A stretch of 27,980 nt of DNA from Malacoraja senta (GCA_038087875.1 JAXLNO010000298.1:62001-89980), one strand, 5' to 3'. Positions 10,600 through 21,497 are shown, counted from the stretch's first letter. A program made the numbers and translations. Notes: generated by a model from the sequence alone, not told the origin.

Positions 10600-10685
10600 C
10601 ACTTCTCTGTCTCCACTTGAATCCCAACAGACTGGAATTTGTGTGTGTGCATATCTGCTAAAGCTAGCTGTTCTGGCCCATCAAC
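10600..10685 (-). CDS. DLGAP1: DLGAP1 internal coding exon B, 86 nt (not in ORF track)
   Basis: Reads VDGPEQLALADMHTHKFQSVGIQVETEK+TG, like DLGAP1 VDDAEE...KFQSVGVQVEEEKC. Strong polypyrimidine tract + ctAG acceptor, GTAAGT donor. Phase 0 in, phase 2 out, fitting both neighbouring exons. Confidence 0.93.
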
Positions 10686-10977
10686 CTAGAAGGAGGAAAG
10701 AAAAAGAGAAAGAGAAATGTTGTCTGTCATTCCAATTCATTTAAAACAATAAATGAAATGGACAAATGGGAAATGATGCACAGATTTTTGTGGCTAATTT
10801 TCACTTTATCTGAAAACAAAAAGGTGTTTGCATTGTTTAAGAAGGTGTGGCAACATTGCCAACATATGGAGGAGTACCTTCAGCAACGGACTGAAGATGC
10901 AGTACACAATGCCACAGAAGATCCTTTTTCCTTGTGGCTAACAAACTGTACAACTCCTCCCCCTTCTGTCATGGGGT

Positions 10978-11485
10978 AGTCTTGCTATTGAGGGAGTGCA
11001 GCGTAGGTTTACAAGGTTAATTTCCGGGATGCGGGACTGTCATATGCTGAGAGAATGGAGCGGCTGGGCTTGTATACTCTGGAGTTTAGAAGGATGACTG
11101 GAGATCTTATTGAAACATATAAGATTATTAAGGGTTTTGACACGCTAGAGGCAGTAAACATGTTCCCGATGTTGGGGGAGTCCGGAACCAGGGGCCACAG
11201 TTTTAGAATAAGGGGTAAGCCATTTAGAACAGAAATGAGGAAACACTTTTTCACACAGAGAGTTGTGAGTCTGTGGAATTCTCTGCCTCAGAGGGCAGTG
11301 GAGGCCGGTTCTCTGGATACTTTCAAGAGAGAGCTAGATAGGGCTCTTAAAGATAGCGGAGTCTGGGGATATGGAGAGAAGGCAGGAACAGGGTACTGAT
11401 TGTGGATGATCAGCCATGATCACATTGAATGGCGGTGCTGGCTCGAAGGGCCGAATGGCCTACTCCTGCACCTATTGTCTATTGA
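10978..11485 (+). mobile_element. CR1 LINE 3' fragment (well preserved)
   Basis: ORF 11055-11399 has the typical CR1 ORF2 C-terminus (LGLYTLEFRRMTGDLIETYKI...TRGH...FFTQRVVSLWNSLP); tail (ctattgt)n. Confidence 0.92.
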
Positions 11486-12300
11486 CTGATCCCCCTCCAC
11501 CCCCTCAAAAACTTTGCACATCCCCAATCCTTTCCACTCATTACTTTAATTTCATGCTTCATGTATCTTGTTGGGTTCAATCGTATCGCATCGTATCGTA
11601 CATAATATGCAAACCAAGGCATCATTTACTTCAACGTTCAATTTATGTTAGTATTGATAAATAGACATCATCATTCTACACGAAAATGTTAGAGAATGCT
11701 TCATGAGGATGGTTTTATAAATCGGGAAATGTTAACCTTTTAAATAGTTTCAATGGAATAGTAGAATATGTTTTAGGAATTCAACATGGTGCGGGAAAAC
11801 CAGGTTTAATTTATCACTCTGAACTTTGGCAAAGAATGTAACAATTAAGCCATATACGTGAAACATGTAGAATTGATTAGGAACACCTTCAACAGTTAAT
11901 TGCCTTGGAATGAATCCAGAATTGTGTACATGGAGACCTGAAGTCATTCTAAAATATCCAGACAGTAAAAAAAAGCGTACACTGGTGATGTAATATTTCA
12001 GATTGTTCACGCTCTATTTAACTGAACAAATGACAGAACTTTGAATGTGTTGAATAGACCCCACTTAGCACATCTAAACATCTCCTTGGTCACTGATTAT
12101 GAAAAATCATGGTTAAATTCCGGTTATCTACGTAAGCAAATCTAATCTCAAACAAAAGGGCTGAACATGTACAAAAAGGTGCTGTGAAGCTTCAATTAAT
12201 GTGTAATTGTAGTTACTGTGATTCAAATGCTGAACTTTACATATCGTAGCAAAGCCTCAAATCACCATGCTATTTGTTTTAGAACATTGTTTAAAATATT

Positions 12301-12752
12301 AGGAGGATGTTGCCAGGACTCGAGGGTCTGAGCTTTTCGGAGAGGTTGAGTAGGCTGGGACTATATTCATTGGAGCACTAGAGGATGAGGGGTGATCTTA
12401 TAGAGGAATATAAAATCATGCTAGTGCGGGTAGATGCAAAGAGTCTCTCGCCTAGAGTAGGGGAATTGAAGACCAGAGGACATAGGTTTAAGGTGAAAGG
12501 GAAACGATTAAATAGGAATCTGAAGGGTAACTTTTTTACACAAAGGGTTGTGGGTGTATGGAACGGGTTGCCAGAGGAGGTAGTTGAGGCAGGGACTATT
12601 GCAACGCTCAAGAAACAATTAGATACCATAGGCACATGGATAGGACAGGTTTAGAGCGATATGGGCCAAATGCAGGCAGGTGTGAGTAGTGCTGCTGGGT
12701 GTGGGCAAGTTGGGCCAAAGGGCCTGTTTCCATGCTGTATGACTCTATGACT
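12301..12752 (+). mobile_element. CR1 LINE 3' fragment (subfamily sharing the SINE tail)
   Basis: MRGDLIEEYKI...TRGHRFKV...FFTQRVVGVWNGLP; tail gggccaaagggcctgtttccatgctgtatgactctatga. Confidence 0.9.
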
Positions 12753-13254
12753 TTATTAGCAGGTTGAAGAATGAAGAAGGGTAATGGATTAGAGTTAATT
12801 GGCTCAGTTAAGAATTAGCACTAGCACAAAATCCTGAAATATCCCATTAAAGTACATTGTGTGGAGTAACCTATCTCCAGGTTTTCAATGAACAATCTAC
12901 AAATTGCGAATACTTTACAACTTTGTAGAAGCTAGACTGTCTGAACAGTTTACTTCTGTGTTAAAATTTCTACGATTTATATTTGAATAAAGTAAATTAA
13001 TCAGATATGATTTAAATCAATATAATGTAATTCACTATTGAGTAGCGGAACTTGAGAAACTGCCTTGTATAAATAGGATTTAACATCTCAACTGTACTGT
13101 TTATAGGCTAGGTTTTCTGCATGACTAGCTCTGAACTGATGAGTAATCTGGCCTGTATTTCCTCATTCCTCTGACTGGGTGATTAAAACCATCACTGAGT
13201 TTCTCCGGAGATTTGTTGTGGTCCATGCCAGGTTTCAGGTTGAGATATTTGGTA

Positions 13255-13770
13255 GGTTTAGGCTTAGTTTATGCTTTGTCACATGTACCAAGGTACAGTA
13301 AAAAGCTTTCTTTTGCATGCAATCCCATCAATTCAGATACTACTATACATAAATACAATCAAGCTAAACGCATGTACAATTGGTAGAACAAAGGGAAAGA
13401 TACAGAGTGCAGAATATGGTTCTCAGCATTGGAAGGCACTAGCACTGGAGACAAAGTCCAATGCCCACAATGGGTTAGAGGTGAATTGAACAGCACCCTG
13501 GCTTATGGAAGGACCATTCAGAAGCTTGTTAACAGTGGAGAAGAAGCTGTTTCCGAGTCCAGTTGGTGCATACTTTCTAGCTTCTATATCTCCTGCCTGA
13601 TGGAAGCAGGAAGAAAAAGGAATGACCTGGCCTTTGATTATGTTACCTGCTTTTCTGAGTGAGAAGTGTAGATGGAATAAATGGTGGGGAGTGTGGTCTG
13701 TGTGATGAATTGGGTTACATCCACAACTCTGCAATTTCTTGCGGTCTTGGGCAGAGATAGTCCCAAAACA
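13255..13770 (-). mobile_element. Rex1/Babar-like LINE 3' fragment
   Basis: Decayed ORF end (...AQDRKKLQ...GLGNSFFSTVNKLLN) followed by a tgtgacaaag-type tail. Confidence 0.7.
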
Positions 13771-14109
13771 AAATGGTAAGGGTGGGGGTGGGGGGGTGTA
13801 GGGTGGTGTGATTATCTTCAAGAAAGGAGACAAATTCAAATGGAGTAGTTAGTGTTCAGAGCCGGGCAAGAATCCTCCTCAGCTAGCTCACCCCAGTTGG
13901 TGAAGAGTTCCTCCCAGAATTACAATGCAGATTCTGCTAACCAATGGACATGATCTTCATCAACTACTGAAAAACCTCCTTTTGACATTTCCAAAGCCTT
14001 TGACTCCAGTGACTGAAAGAGATGGAATATCCCCCATATATTTGGTTGCCCCCACCAATCCTTGTCTGCTACCCAATTACATAGATTCTATGGGATCTTT
14101 AAAAAAAAC

Positions 14110-14970
14110 GATGGAATGGTGTACAGGAAGGAGATAGGATGCAGTTAATAACATGGTGTGGAGACAGCTTCTCCCTCAATGTTAGCAAAACAAGGGAGCT
14201 AGTCATCGACTTCAGAAAGTGTGTCGCTGCACACACTCCAGTCAGCACCAATGGTGTTAAGGTGGAGATAATTGACAGCTTTATGTTCCAAGGCGTAAAA
14301 AGCACCAACAATTTGTCGTGGTCTAACCACAGTGATTCTGCAGCCAAGAAAACACACCAACACCCCTACCTCCTCAGAATACTAATGAATGACTCAAACC
14401 AATTCCTATAAATGCACAATAGAATGCCTCACAACGTGCTTTGTCAACTACTCTCTCCAGAGCGCACGGTCAAAAGGAATAGGAGTAGAATTAGGCCATC
14501 TGGCCCATCAAGGCTTCTCTGCCATTCAATCATGGCTGATCTATCTCTCCCACCTAACCCCATTCTCCTGCCTTCTCTCCATAACCTCTGACTCCTTTAC
14601 TAATCAAGAATCTATCTATCTCTGCCTTAAAAATAGCCATGACTTGGCCTCCACAGCCTTCTGCGGCAAACAATTCCACAGATTCACCTCTGACTAAACA
14701 AATTTCTCCTAATCTCCTTCCAAGAAATTGCAGAAAGTTGTAGGTGCCTCCACACCTCCTCCCTTCCCCATACTGTCCCAACCGAATCCATCTATATTTC
14801 CCGTGGCCTCGGGAAAGCAGCAAGGACCACTCCGGCCCTGGTCATTCTCTCCTCTTCCTTCTCCTGTTGGGAAGATGTTACAAAAGATTGAAAGCATGTA
14901 CTGTCAGTTTCAGGAACAGCTTCTCCCCCATTGTTACCTGACTATTGAATGGACCTCTCGTAAGTTAAGG
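14110..14970 (+). mobile_element. Rex1/Babar-like LINE fragment split by a CR1 insertion
   Basis: WCGDSFSLNVSKTRELVIDFRK...NNLSWSNH...KKTHQHPYLLR; resumes at about 14720 (caagaaattgcag...FRNSFSP). Confidence 0.75.
14468..14718 (-). mobile_element. CR1 3' fragment nested in the Rex-like LINE
   Basis: Reverse complement of the CR1 3' end (FKAEIDRFLISKGVRGYGEKAGEWG). Confidence 0.8.
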
Positions 14971-15319
14971 ATGATGAAATTTGCAATGGCATCAATTCGG
15001 ACTTTGCCTGACTGGGCGGTTGCAAGCGGCTTCTCCATGTTTCAGCGTCATGGACAAGCCCACAGTTGGCACCCAATGCATGGATTAATACCACAAATGC
15101 TCTCCCTTAAAAATCCTACAAATCAATTGGCAATCCTGGTTAACCAACATCAGTGTTATCTTCATGTCAACATCATGCTAGTGCAAAAACACAAGTTCCA
15201 ATTTTAATTTACTTGGTACATATACATGTATAATGTACAATTTTAATGAACGGCATAAGTTCTGAATTCATATCATCTGATTAAATGGTTAATTAAGTTC
15301 ATGGGAAACATATAGAACA

Positions 15320-15562
15320 AAGAAGGACCTGGCATGGGGGGATCGCTGAGGTCAAAAGAGGGACCCTGTGTAGGGGTGTCGCCGAGAACGAAGAGGGACC
15401 AGGCTTGGGGAGGCAGCCGAGAACAAAGAGGGACCTTTGGGACTACATTGAACACTTTGTAAATTTGACAACACCCTATACGTGGCGACTCTTTGCATAC
15501 TTTGTGTATGGTCTGCAAAACAAAGCATTTCACTGTGACATGTCTGTAATAATAAAGTATCA
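15320..15562 (+). mobile_element. Non-autonomous retroposon 3' part with Rex/RTE-like tail
   Basis: Repeated gaacaaagagggacc-like motif and tail gcatttcactgtgacatgtctgtaataataaag. Confidence 0.5.
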
Positions 15563-16290
15563 TGCATTCATATAGTTGGGCAGGTTGTAAAAAGGGCATG
15601 CAACAAAGTTGTTTCATTCTCACTGGGCGGATTGGATTAACATTGGGGCCATTACTTCCTAACCATGAATTCACATTCAGTAAAGACATTTTAACAGTGA
15701 AGTGGTGCTTTCTACAGTTATCGCCCAAGAACTGCAAAGCTCATTCCACTCCAATAAACCTTCATAGCCTTTTACGTATCAGAACCTCACATTTTTGAGC
15801 ATCAGAAAAAATATGTTGCTTTTACGTTGCTATGTAGCTTGTAAAATGTGTTCAGCATTGTATCAATCAATCACAGTCTCTGGCTTCCAATGTTCTTGCC
15901 ATGCAAAGCAGGCGGTTGGGAAGATGAAAGAGCCCAATTTAAAAGGTAAATGTACTTTACAACATGCTGATGGCACAATTTAGTGAACCCTGAAGGTTAT
16001 GGAGATCAGTTCAACGATTTATTTTATTTGTCTTGGGACCACAAGAGACATTAGTGGGATGTGGCAGTGTCGTGCATGGTTTGCTTTTCTGGGAGCCTCA
16101 ACTTTAGACGTCAGTAATCTGAGCTCTGAGGTAATCAACTACGTTTTCCTGAGGTCCACTTCAACTATAAATTAGCGCACAAATTAAGAGAAGTAACATT
16201 ACTTAATTACATATTATTTTCACTGTGAACATAGTAAAAATTGTCACAGTACACTTATAATAAATTATTCTCTCTACTGTTTTAATGCTT

Positions 16291-16640
16291 AATGGATACA
16301 GTGGATGTGGGGAGGATGTTTCCACTAGTGGGAGACTCTAGGACCAGAAGCGATGGCCTCAGAATAAAAGGACGTGCCTTTAAAAAGGAGATAATGAGGA
16401 ATTTCTTTAGTCAGAGGGTGGTGAACCTGTGGAATTCTTTGCCTCGGAAGGCTGTGAAGGCCAAGTCACTGGATTTTTTTAAAGACAGAGATTGATAGAT
16501 TCTTAATTAGTGCGGGTGTCAGGGGTTATGGGAGCAGGCAGGAGAATGGGGTTAAGAGGGAGAGAGATCAGCCATGACTGAATGGCAGACTTGATGTGCC
16601 GAATGGCCTAATTCTGCTCCTATAATTTATGAACTTATGC
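16291..16640 (+). mobile_element. CR1 3' fragment
   Basis: RMFPLVGDSRTR...NFFSQRVVNLWNSLP plus 3' UTR; ends about 70 bp from the exon A donor. Confidence 0.88.
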
Positions 16641-16706
16641 TAATCCATTGAAAATTAACACCAGCTTCTAGAGCATGATTAACACAAGCACGAATGGATA
16701 CTCCAC

Positions 16707-17071
16707 CTGTATTCCAACAGAAGAACATTTGCTTTTCCTCAAAACATCCCATTTGGGCTCCTCAACTGGAGGGATTCCCTTGTTGTTTGCTGGTGGGCTA
16801 TCAATGTATTGTTGATTATTAGATGGTCCATGGACCTGTGCATTTGCAGCTTCAATAGCAGCAGTTAAGGCTTTGACACTATCCAAACTCTCGGTGGAGT
16901 TACTCAATCCCGACACGCTGTTTAGATCACCCCTCTGGGTATGGCCGTCCAAGTATGCATCTTGAGCAGATTCTGTGCTGCTCTGCGCAGTGATTGAGAT
17001 GAACGGTTTAATTGTGGTCCGTGGTGGAACTGGAGGAGGATTTTTCTTGTATGTCGTAATACACGATGACA
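16707..17071 (-). CDS. DLGAP1: DLGAP1 (GKAP/SAPAP1) internal coding exon A, 365 nt
   Basis: Translates (V)SSCITTYKKNPPPVPPRTTIKPFISITAQSSTESAQDAYLDG...SGLSNSTESLDSVKALTAAIEAANAQVHGP...KCSSVGIQ, matching recalled mammalian DLGAP1 better than DLGAP2/3/4. Acceptor tttaaccAG (AG at 17073-17072); donor CAG|GTggag (GT at 16706-16705). Phase 1 in, phase 0 out. Confidence 0.93.
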
Positions 17072-17184
17072 CTGGTTAAAACAGACGAAAGCAAAATGTC
17101 AGAAATTTCTTCAAAGATTCTTCAGTAAATGCAATAACCATTAATGTCTTTATCAAAAATTGGATGATTAACTAAATTATGATG

Positions 17185-17590
17185 CCTCTAGAGTGTTTAA
17201 TTGTCATATGCACCAGCAATGAAACAATGAAATTCTTACTTGCTGCAGCTTTACAGGCCCATTAATGAAACAACAAAACCAACAAATATACAATGATCAA
17301 TAATACAATAAATTAATAATCAGTAGTACTAGGTAACAAGACCATAATAGTGCAAAATTGGTCCATTGTAGATCATAGTTGCTGAGATAAAGTGGTGGTT
17401 AGCATTGCGCAGTATTCAAGTGCCTTGAAGGTTGCTGGGAAGAAGCTGTTCCTGAAACTGGATGTTAGTTTTCAGACCTATACCTTATTCCCAATGGCAG
17501 GAGCGAAATGAGAGCGTGGCCAGGGTGGTGTGATCCTTGAGGATGCTGGCTGGCTGGCTGTTTGAGATATTGCTCCTATAGATCCCTTCT
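17185..17590 (-). mobile_element. Rex1/Babar-like LINE 3' fragment
   Basis: ttgtcatatg...aacaatgaaattcttacttgctgcagc tail and gggaagaagctgttcctgaa ORF end. Confidence 0.7.
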
Positions 17591-17671
17591 CCAAAACCTG
17601 GAATCTCCTTCTTAAAAATATGCGTTGACTCGCCTCTACAGAATTCTGAGGTAGTAAATTCCACAGATCTA

Positions 17672-17960
17672 ACAGTTCAGAAGTGATAGGAGCAGAATTA
17701 GGCCATTCGGTCCACCAAGTCTACTCCATCATTCAATCATGACTGATCTATTCTCCAGCCTTCTCCCCATAACCAGTGTTTGTGTCTGCGAGTGAAGAAA
17801 TTTCACCTCATCCCATCCTAAATCTCTCACCCCGTAACCTCAAATGATAAGCCCCCTTGTTCTAGTCAGGGGAAACATCATCCTGTATTCAGTCTGTCTA
17901 GCCCTGTCAGAATTTTGTATGCTTTCCTAGATCCCCTCTCATTCTTTCAAGATTTAGTGT
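17672..17960 (-). mobile_element. CR1 3' fragment (decayed)
   Basis: ggagcagaattaggccattcgg...ggggaaacatc...agatcccctctcattctt. Confidence 0.7.
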
Positions 17961-18171
17961 AGACCACACCAAATCTCATTGACTTAATCTGTACTATGTG
18001 TTAGTTCAAGCTCGTCAGCCTGGAATGTGTATTAGGTCAAGGCTAGTGGGCTGCAATGGATATTGGGTAAAACTAAACAAGATTAAATAGGTATTGGACG
18101 AGATGCACGAACACTGTAGATTTAGTTTATATGGGCTGTGGTCTCAAACATGCTGAAGGTTCTGTTTGATT

Positions 18172-18206
18172 CAGTGGGATTACAGTGTAAAACTGTAATC
18201 CCACTG
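18172..18206. repeat. Perfect 15-bp inverted repeat with 5-nt loop
   Basis: cagtgggattacagt-gtaaa-actgtaatcccactg. Confidence 0.92.
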
Positions 18207-18254
18207 CAACCCACTTCCCAAGCCATGCCTGATCAAGATTCAAGATAGTGTGTA

Positions 18255-18378
18255 GTCTGCAGATGCTGGTTTATACCGAAGATAGGCACAATGTGCTGGA
18301 GTAACTCAGCGGGTCAGTCAGCATCGCTGGAGTAAAAGGATGGGCGACTTTTCGGGACAGAACCCCTCTTCAGACTAG
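18255..18378 (-). mobile_element. Penelope-like pseudo-LTR fragment with hammerhead-like core
   Basis: Minus strand reads agtCTGAAGAggggttctgtcccGAAAagTCgccc...accagcatctgcag. Confidence 0.75.
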
Positions 18379-18419
18379 GTTGACTCAGACAGAGTCATGT
18401 GATTTAGGAGTCAAGCCAA

Positions 18420-19060
18420 GAGAGAGTCAAGAGTGATTAATTGTCATATGTACCGACCAATAACAGAACAAACTTCTTACCTGAAACAGCATAACAGGTC
18501 CGTAAACACAATATTCAACGGATAACATAATAATCTTTTTTGTTAAGTTCAATAAATTAAAAAAAACACATATTAGTGCAAAACAAAACCCTAGTTCCCT
18601 AGTCCCTAGTCCAACCAAGACAGTTTGCAGTTTGTTCGCTCATGTGTCAGACAACGTATAGCTCGCTGTTGGCTTCCATCGTCGTCCAGCATGTTGACAG
18701 AATTGGTCGCCCGACACGTCACAGTGTGCATCGTGTCATCGTTTCCGAGGATCGCCACGAGGAGGCTTCTGTCATGATCCCCAGTTCGTAGTTTGAAGTT
18801 TAGTTGGTGTTTGTAGTGTTCAATAGCCTGATGGGTTGTTGGGAAGTAGCTGTTCCTAAATCGTTTTTCATACTCCAGAAACGTCTTCCCAATGTTAGTT
18901 TTCAGACCTATACCTTATTCCCAATGGCAGGAGCGAAATGAGAGCGTGGCCAGGGTGGTGTGATCCTTGAGGATGCTGGATGTCTTTTTGAGGCAGCGCT
19001 TCCTATAGATCATTTCAATTGTGGGGAGGTCAGTACCCATGATGGAGCGAGCAGTATTTA
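18420..19060 (-). mobile_element. Rex1/Babar-like LINE 3' fragment with two internal insertions
   Basis: (gagtcaa)n tail and homology to 17185-17590; interrupted at 18635-18781 and 18892-18979. Confidence 0.7.
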
Positions 19061-19628
19061 AGGTTAATAACTAAGGTGATAACATGGTGTCATCTTAACA
19101 TCCTATCACCCCATTACTGCCAACCTACCATGTGTGCAGGCAGGTCTAAAAATGTGCATAATTACTTGTTTTAAAGAGACTTTATTTATGGTGCTAAAAA
19201 TTAAAAGCATACCCGATCACACTGGCCACACACAGATGTGGTTGTGTGCTTTTCAATAATGCATACAAAGCCTTAATTCTTTTCTTGGCCCTAGAGCTAG
19301 GTGGAACAGCTGCAGTCTGAGGCAAGTTATTACAGGTCTGTATTGTGTGAGCTGTTACTCCCTTCAGATAAGCAGCAAATCTGTAAACCACCCCAGGCTT
19401 TTGAAAACCAGAAACTATGAGGGCTGCCTCACCTGGCTCAAAACAAAGCTGCAGACATCGAAACCTGTCAAAATCCCCCCTATTCCCAGTGACAGCTAAG
19501 TCTAGTGTGCCTCATGTACACACACTTTTCCCGTCACTGAAAATGAATTAACCCATGAATTAACAAATGCAAAAAAATACCAAGAAAAGCAAGAGACTGC
19601 AGATGTGGGAACGGAATAAAAACAGAAA

Positions 19629-19937
19629 TTTAGTTTAGTTTAGAGATACAGAGCGGAAACAGGATCTTTGGCCCACCGAGTATGCGCCGACCAGCGATCA
19701 CCGCGCATACACTTACCCTACACACTAAAGAAAATTTACACTCTTTACCAAAGCCAATTAACCTACAAACCTGCACATCTTAGGACTGTGGGAGGAAACC
19801 GGAGCACCCAGGGAAAACCCACGTGGTCACGGGGAGAACGTACAAACACCGTACAGACAGCACCCGTGGTCAGGATCAAACCTGTGTCTCTGGCGCTGTA
19901 AGGCAGCAGCTCTACCACTGCGTCTCTCTGCCACCCC
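19629..19937 (-). mobile_element. HE1-like SINE
   Basis: Homologous to the other copies, with tail and tRNA-like head. Confidence 0.85.
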
Positions 19938-20044
19938 TTATATGCTGGTGATATTCCGCATGTCAGAGAGAGAAATAGAGTCATACAGCATGGAAACAGG
20001 CGCTTGCACCAACTCGTTCATACCGACCAAGATCATTCTTAACT

Positions 20045-20635
20045 TGTAGAAATAAGGAACTCGGATGCTGACTTACTCAAAAGGATACAGTGCTGGTGTA
20101 ACTTGGTCAAGCAGTATCTCTGGAGAACATGGATAGGTGACATTTTGGTTCGGGACAGGTCGGGTAGCCTTTTACAGACAAACTCACTGAAGCATGTGAG
20201 AGAATGGTTATTATACTAATTGTGCAAAACCGATAATCTACCAACTTGCCCCTGCTCTATAAATCGCCCTCTAACAATAAAGATGCATAGCAACACCCAG
20301 GAAAATGTGGATGGATGATATTTCTAGTCTGAACCCTTCTTTAGACTCCAGAACAAATCAGGGGCTGGCAACAGATGGCCACAGAATGGTGGAGCCTATA
20401 ATGGGCCATTGTTGGCCAGGGACGAGGTGATAATGAGGGGATACAGGGCTGCAAACTGTGGTCTGTTGCTGGCCCTGATTAGCTCTGGTCTTTTCGTTCC
20501 CTCCCTTCTACTTTCAGTCTGACCTAAAAACGTCACCCATCCTTTTTCTCCAGAGATGCTGCCTGACCGGTTGAGGTACTCCGGCAATTTGTGTCTATCT
20601 TCGGTACAAACCAGCATCTGCAGTTCCTTTCTACT
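20045..20635. mobile_element. Cluster of Penelope-like pseudo-LTR fragments in both orientations
   Basis: Minus pieces at about 20045-20180 and 20330-20455; plus piece at about 20470-20635 ending tcttcggtacaaaccagcatctgcagttcctttc. Confidence 0.65.
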
Positions 20636-20867
20636 CATTTTGTCTGGAGTTGAGCAGACGTGTATGGAAAGCAAGACCTCACCTTTAGCATAAAAACCCT
20701 GGTCTACCAGGTAGCAAGCAATATTCTCGATCCCTCCTGTACAATTCAGAGACATGGATCTCTAAACACCAGGGGAGGGACCACCAAAGTTATCTAATCC
20801 TCCAAATGCACTGGTATGATAAACTAAGTTCAGTGCTCACTTCCAGTACTGAGGCCTTCATTACATT

Positions 20868-20990
20868 TAAGAGTCAAGAGTGTTTTATTGTCATATATCC
20901 CAGGAAGAACAACGAAATTCTTACTTGCAGCAGCAGAATATGTAAGCATAGTACCCTGCAAACAATATAATAAACAAGAAAAAAAAGAGA
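20868..20990 (-). mobile_element. Rex1/Babar-like LINE 3' tail (related sequence at about 21615-21790)
   Basis: gagtcaagagtgttttattgtcatat...gaaattcttacttgcagcagc. Confidence 0.6.
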
Positions 20991-20991
20991 C

Positions 20992-21431
20992 ATGGCCCAT
21001 TCTTAGTCACGTGTGTGACCGAAAATGTTTATTAAAAAAAGTGGAATACATTTCTTCTAATTCTGAAAGCAGTACAGGTATATTGTTTTGTACTATATAT
21101 ATGATTCATATTTTTCTCTCGAAGTTTATCAAGTGAAATATTTATGTTACGCTGACAATGTTTGTTTAGGGTCAGAGGTCAAATACGGATGGTCACGTGT
21201 GTGACCTCACCCTGACGCATTTTTTTCATAACACAGTTTTATCTTACAAACTTGTGAATTAAAAAAAGCTGGAATGTTCATATCTTTAGCAGACGCACTA
21301 TAGTTCTGTAGGTAGGGAAATAACAATGAATAAGATTAATCTCTCACCAGAATTTTTTAATGTATTAATTTATGTGAAGCCATTTGATAACGTGTGTGAC
21401 ATTTTGGTTCACTTTCCAAAGAATGGCCCAT
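20992..21431. mobile_element. Unclassified non-autonomous DNA transposon (MITE-like)
   Basis: 13-bp terminal inverted repeats with 1 mismatch (atggcccattctt at 20992-21004; aagaatggcccat at 21419-21431); internal acgtgtgtgac motif three times; AT-rich and non-coding. Confidence 0.55.
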
Positions 21432-21497
21432 TTATATATTCACACACACACACACATGAATATAAATATATATATGTGTGTGTGTATATGTATATGT
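21432..21497. repeat. Compound (CA)n/(TA)n/(TG)n microsatellite
   Basis: Directly visible. Confidence 0.85.

Noticed and set aside
11750..12010. Possible extra cassette exon between exons A and B
   Set aside because: No similarity to DLGAP proteins and no convincing phase-0 acceptor/donor pair.
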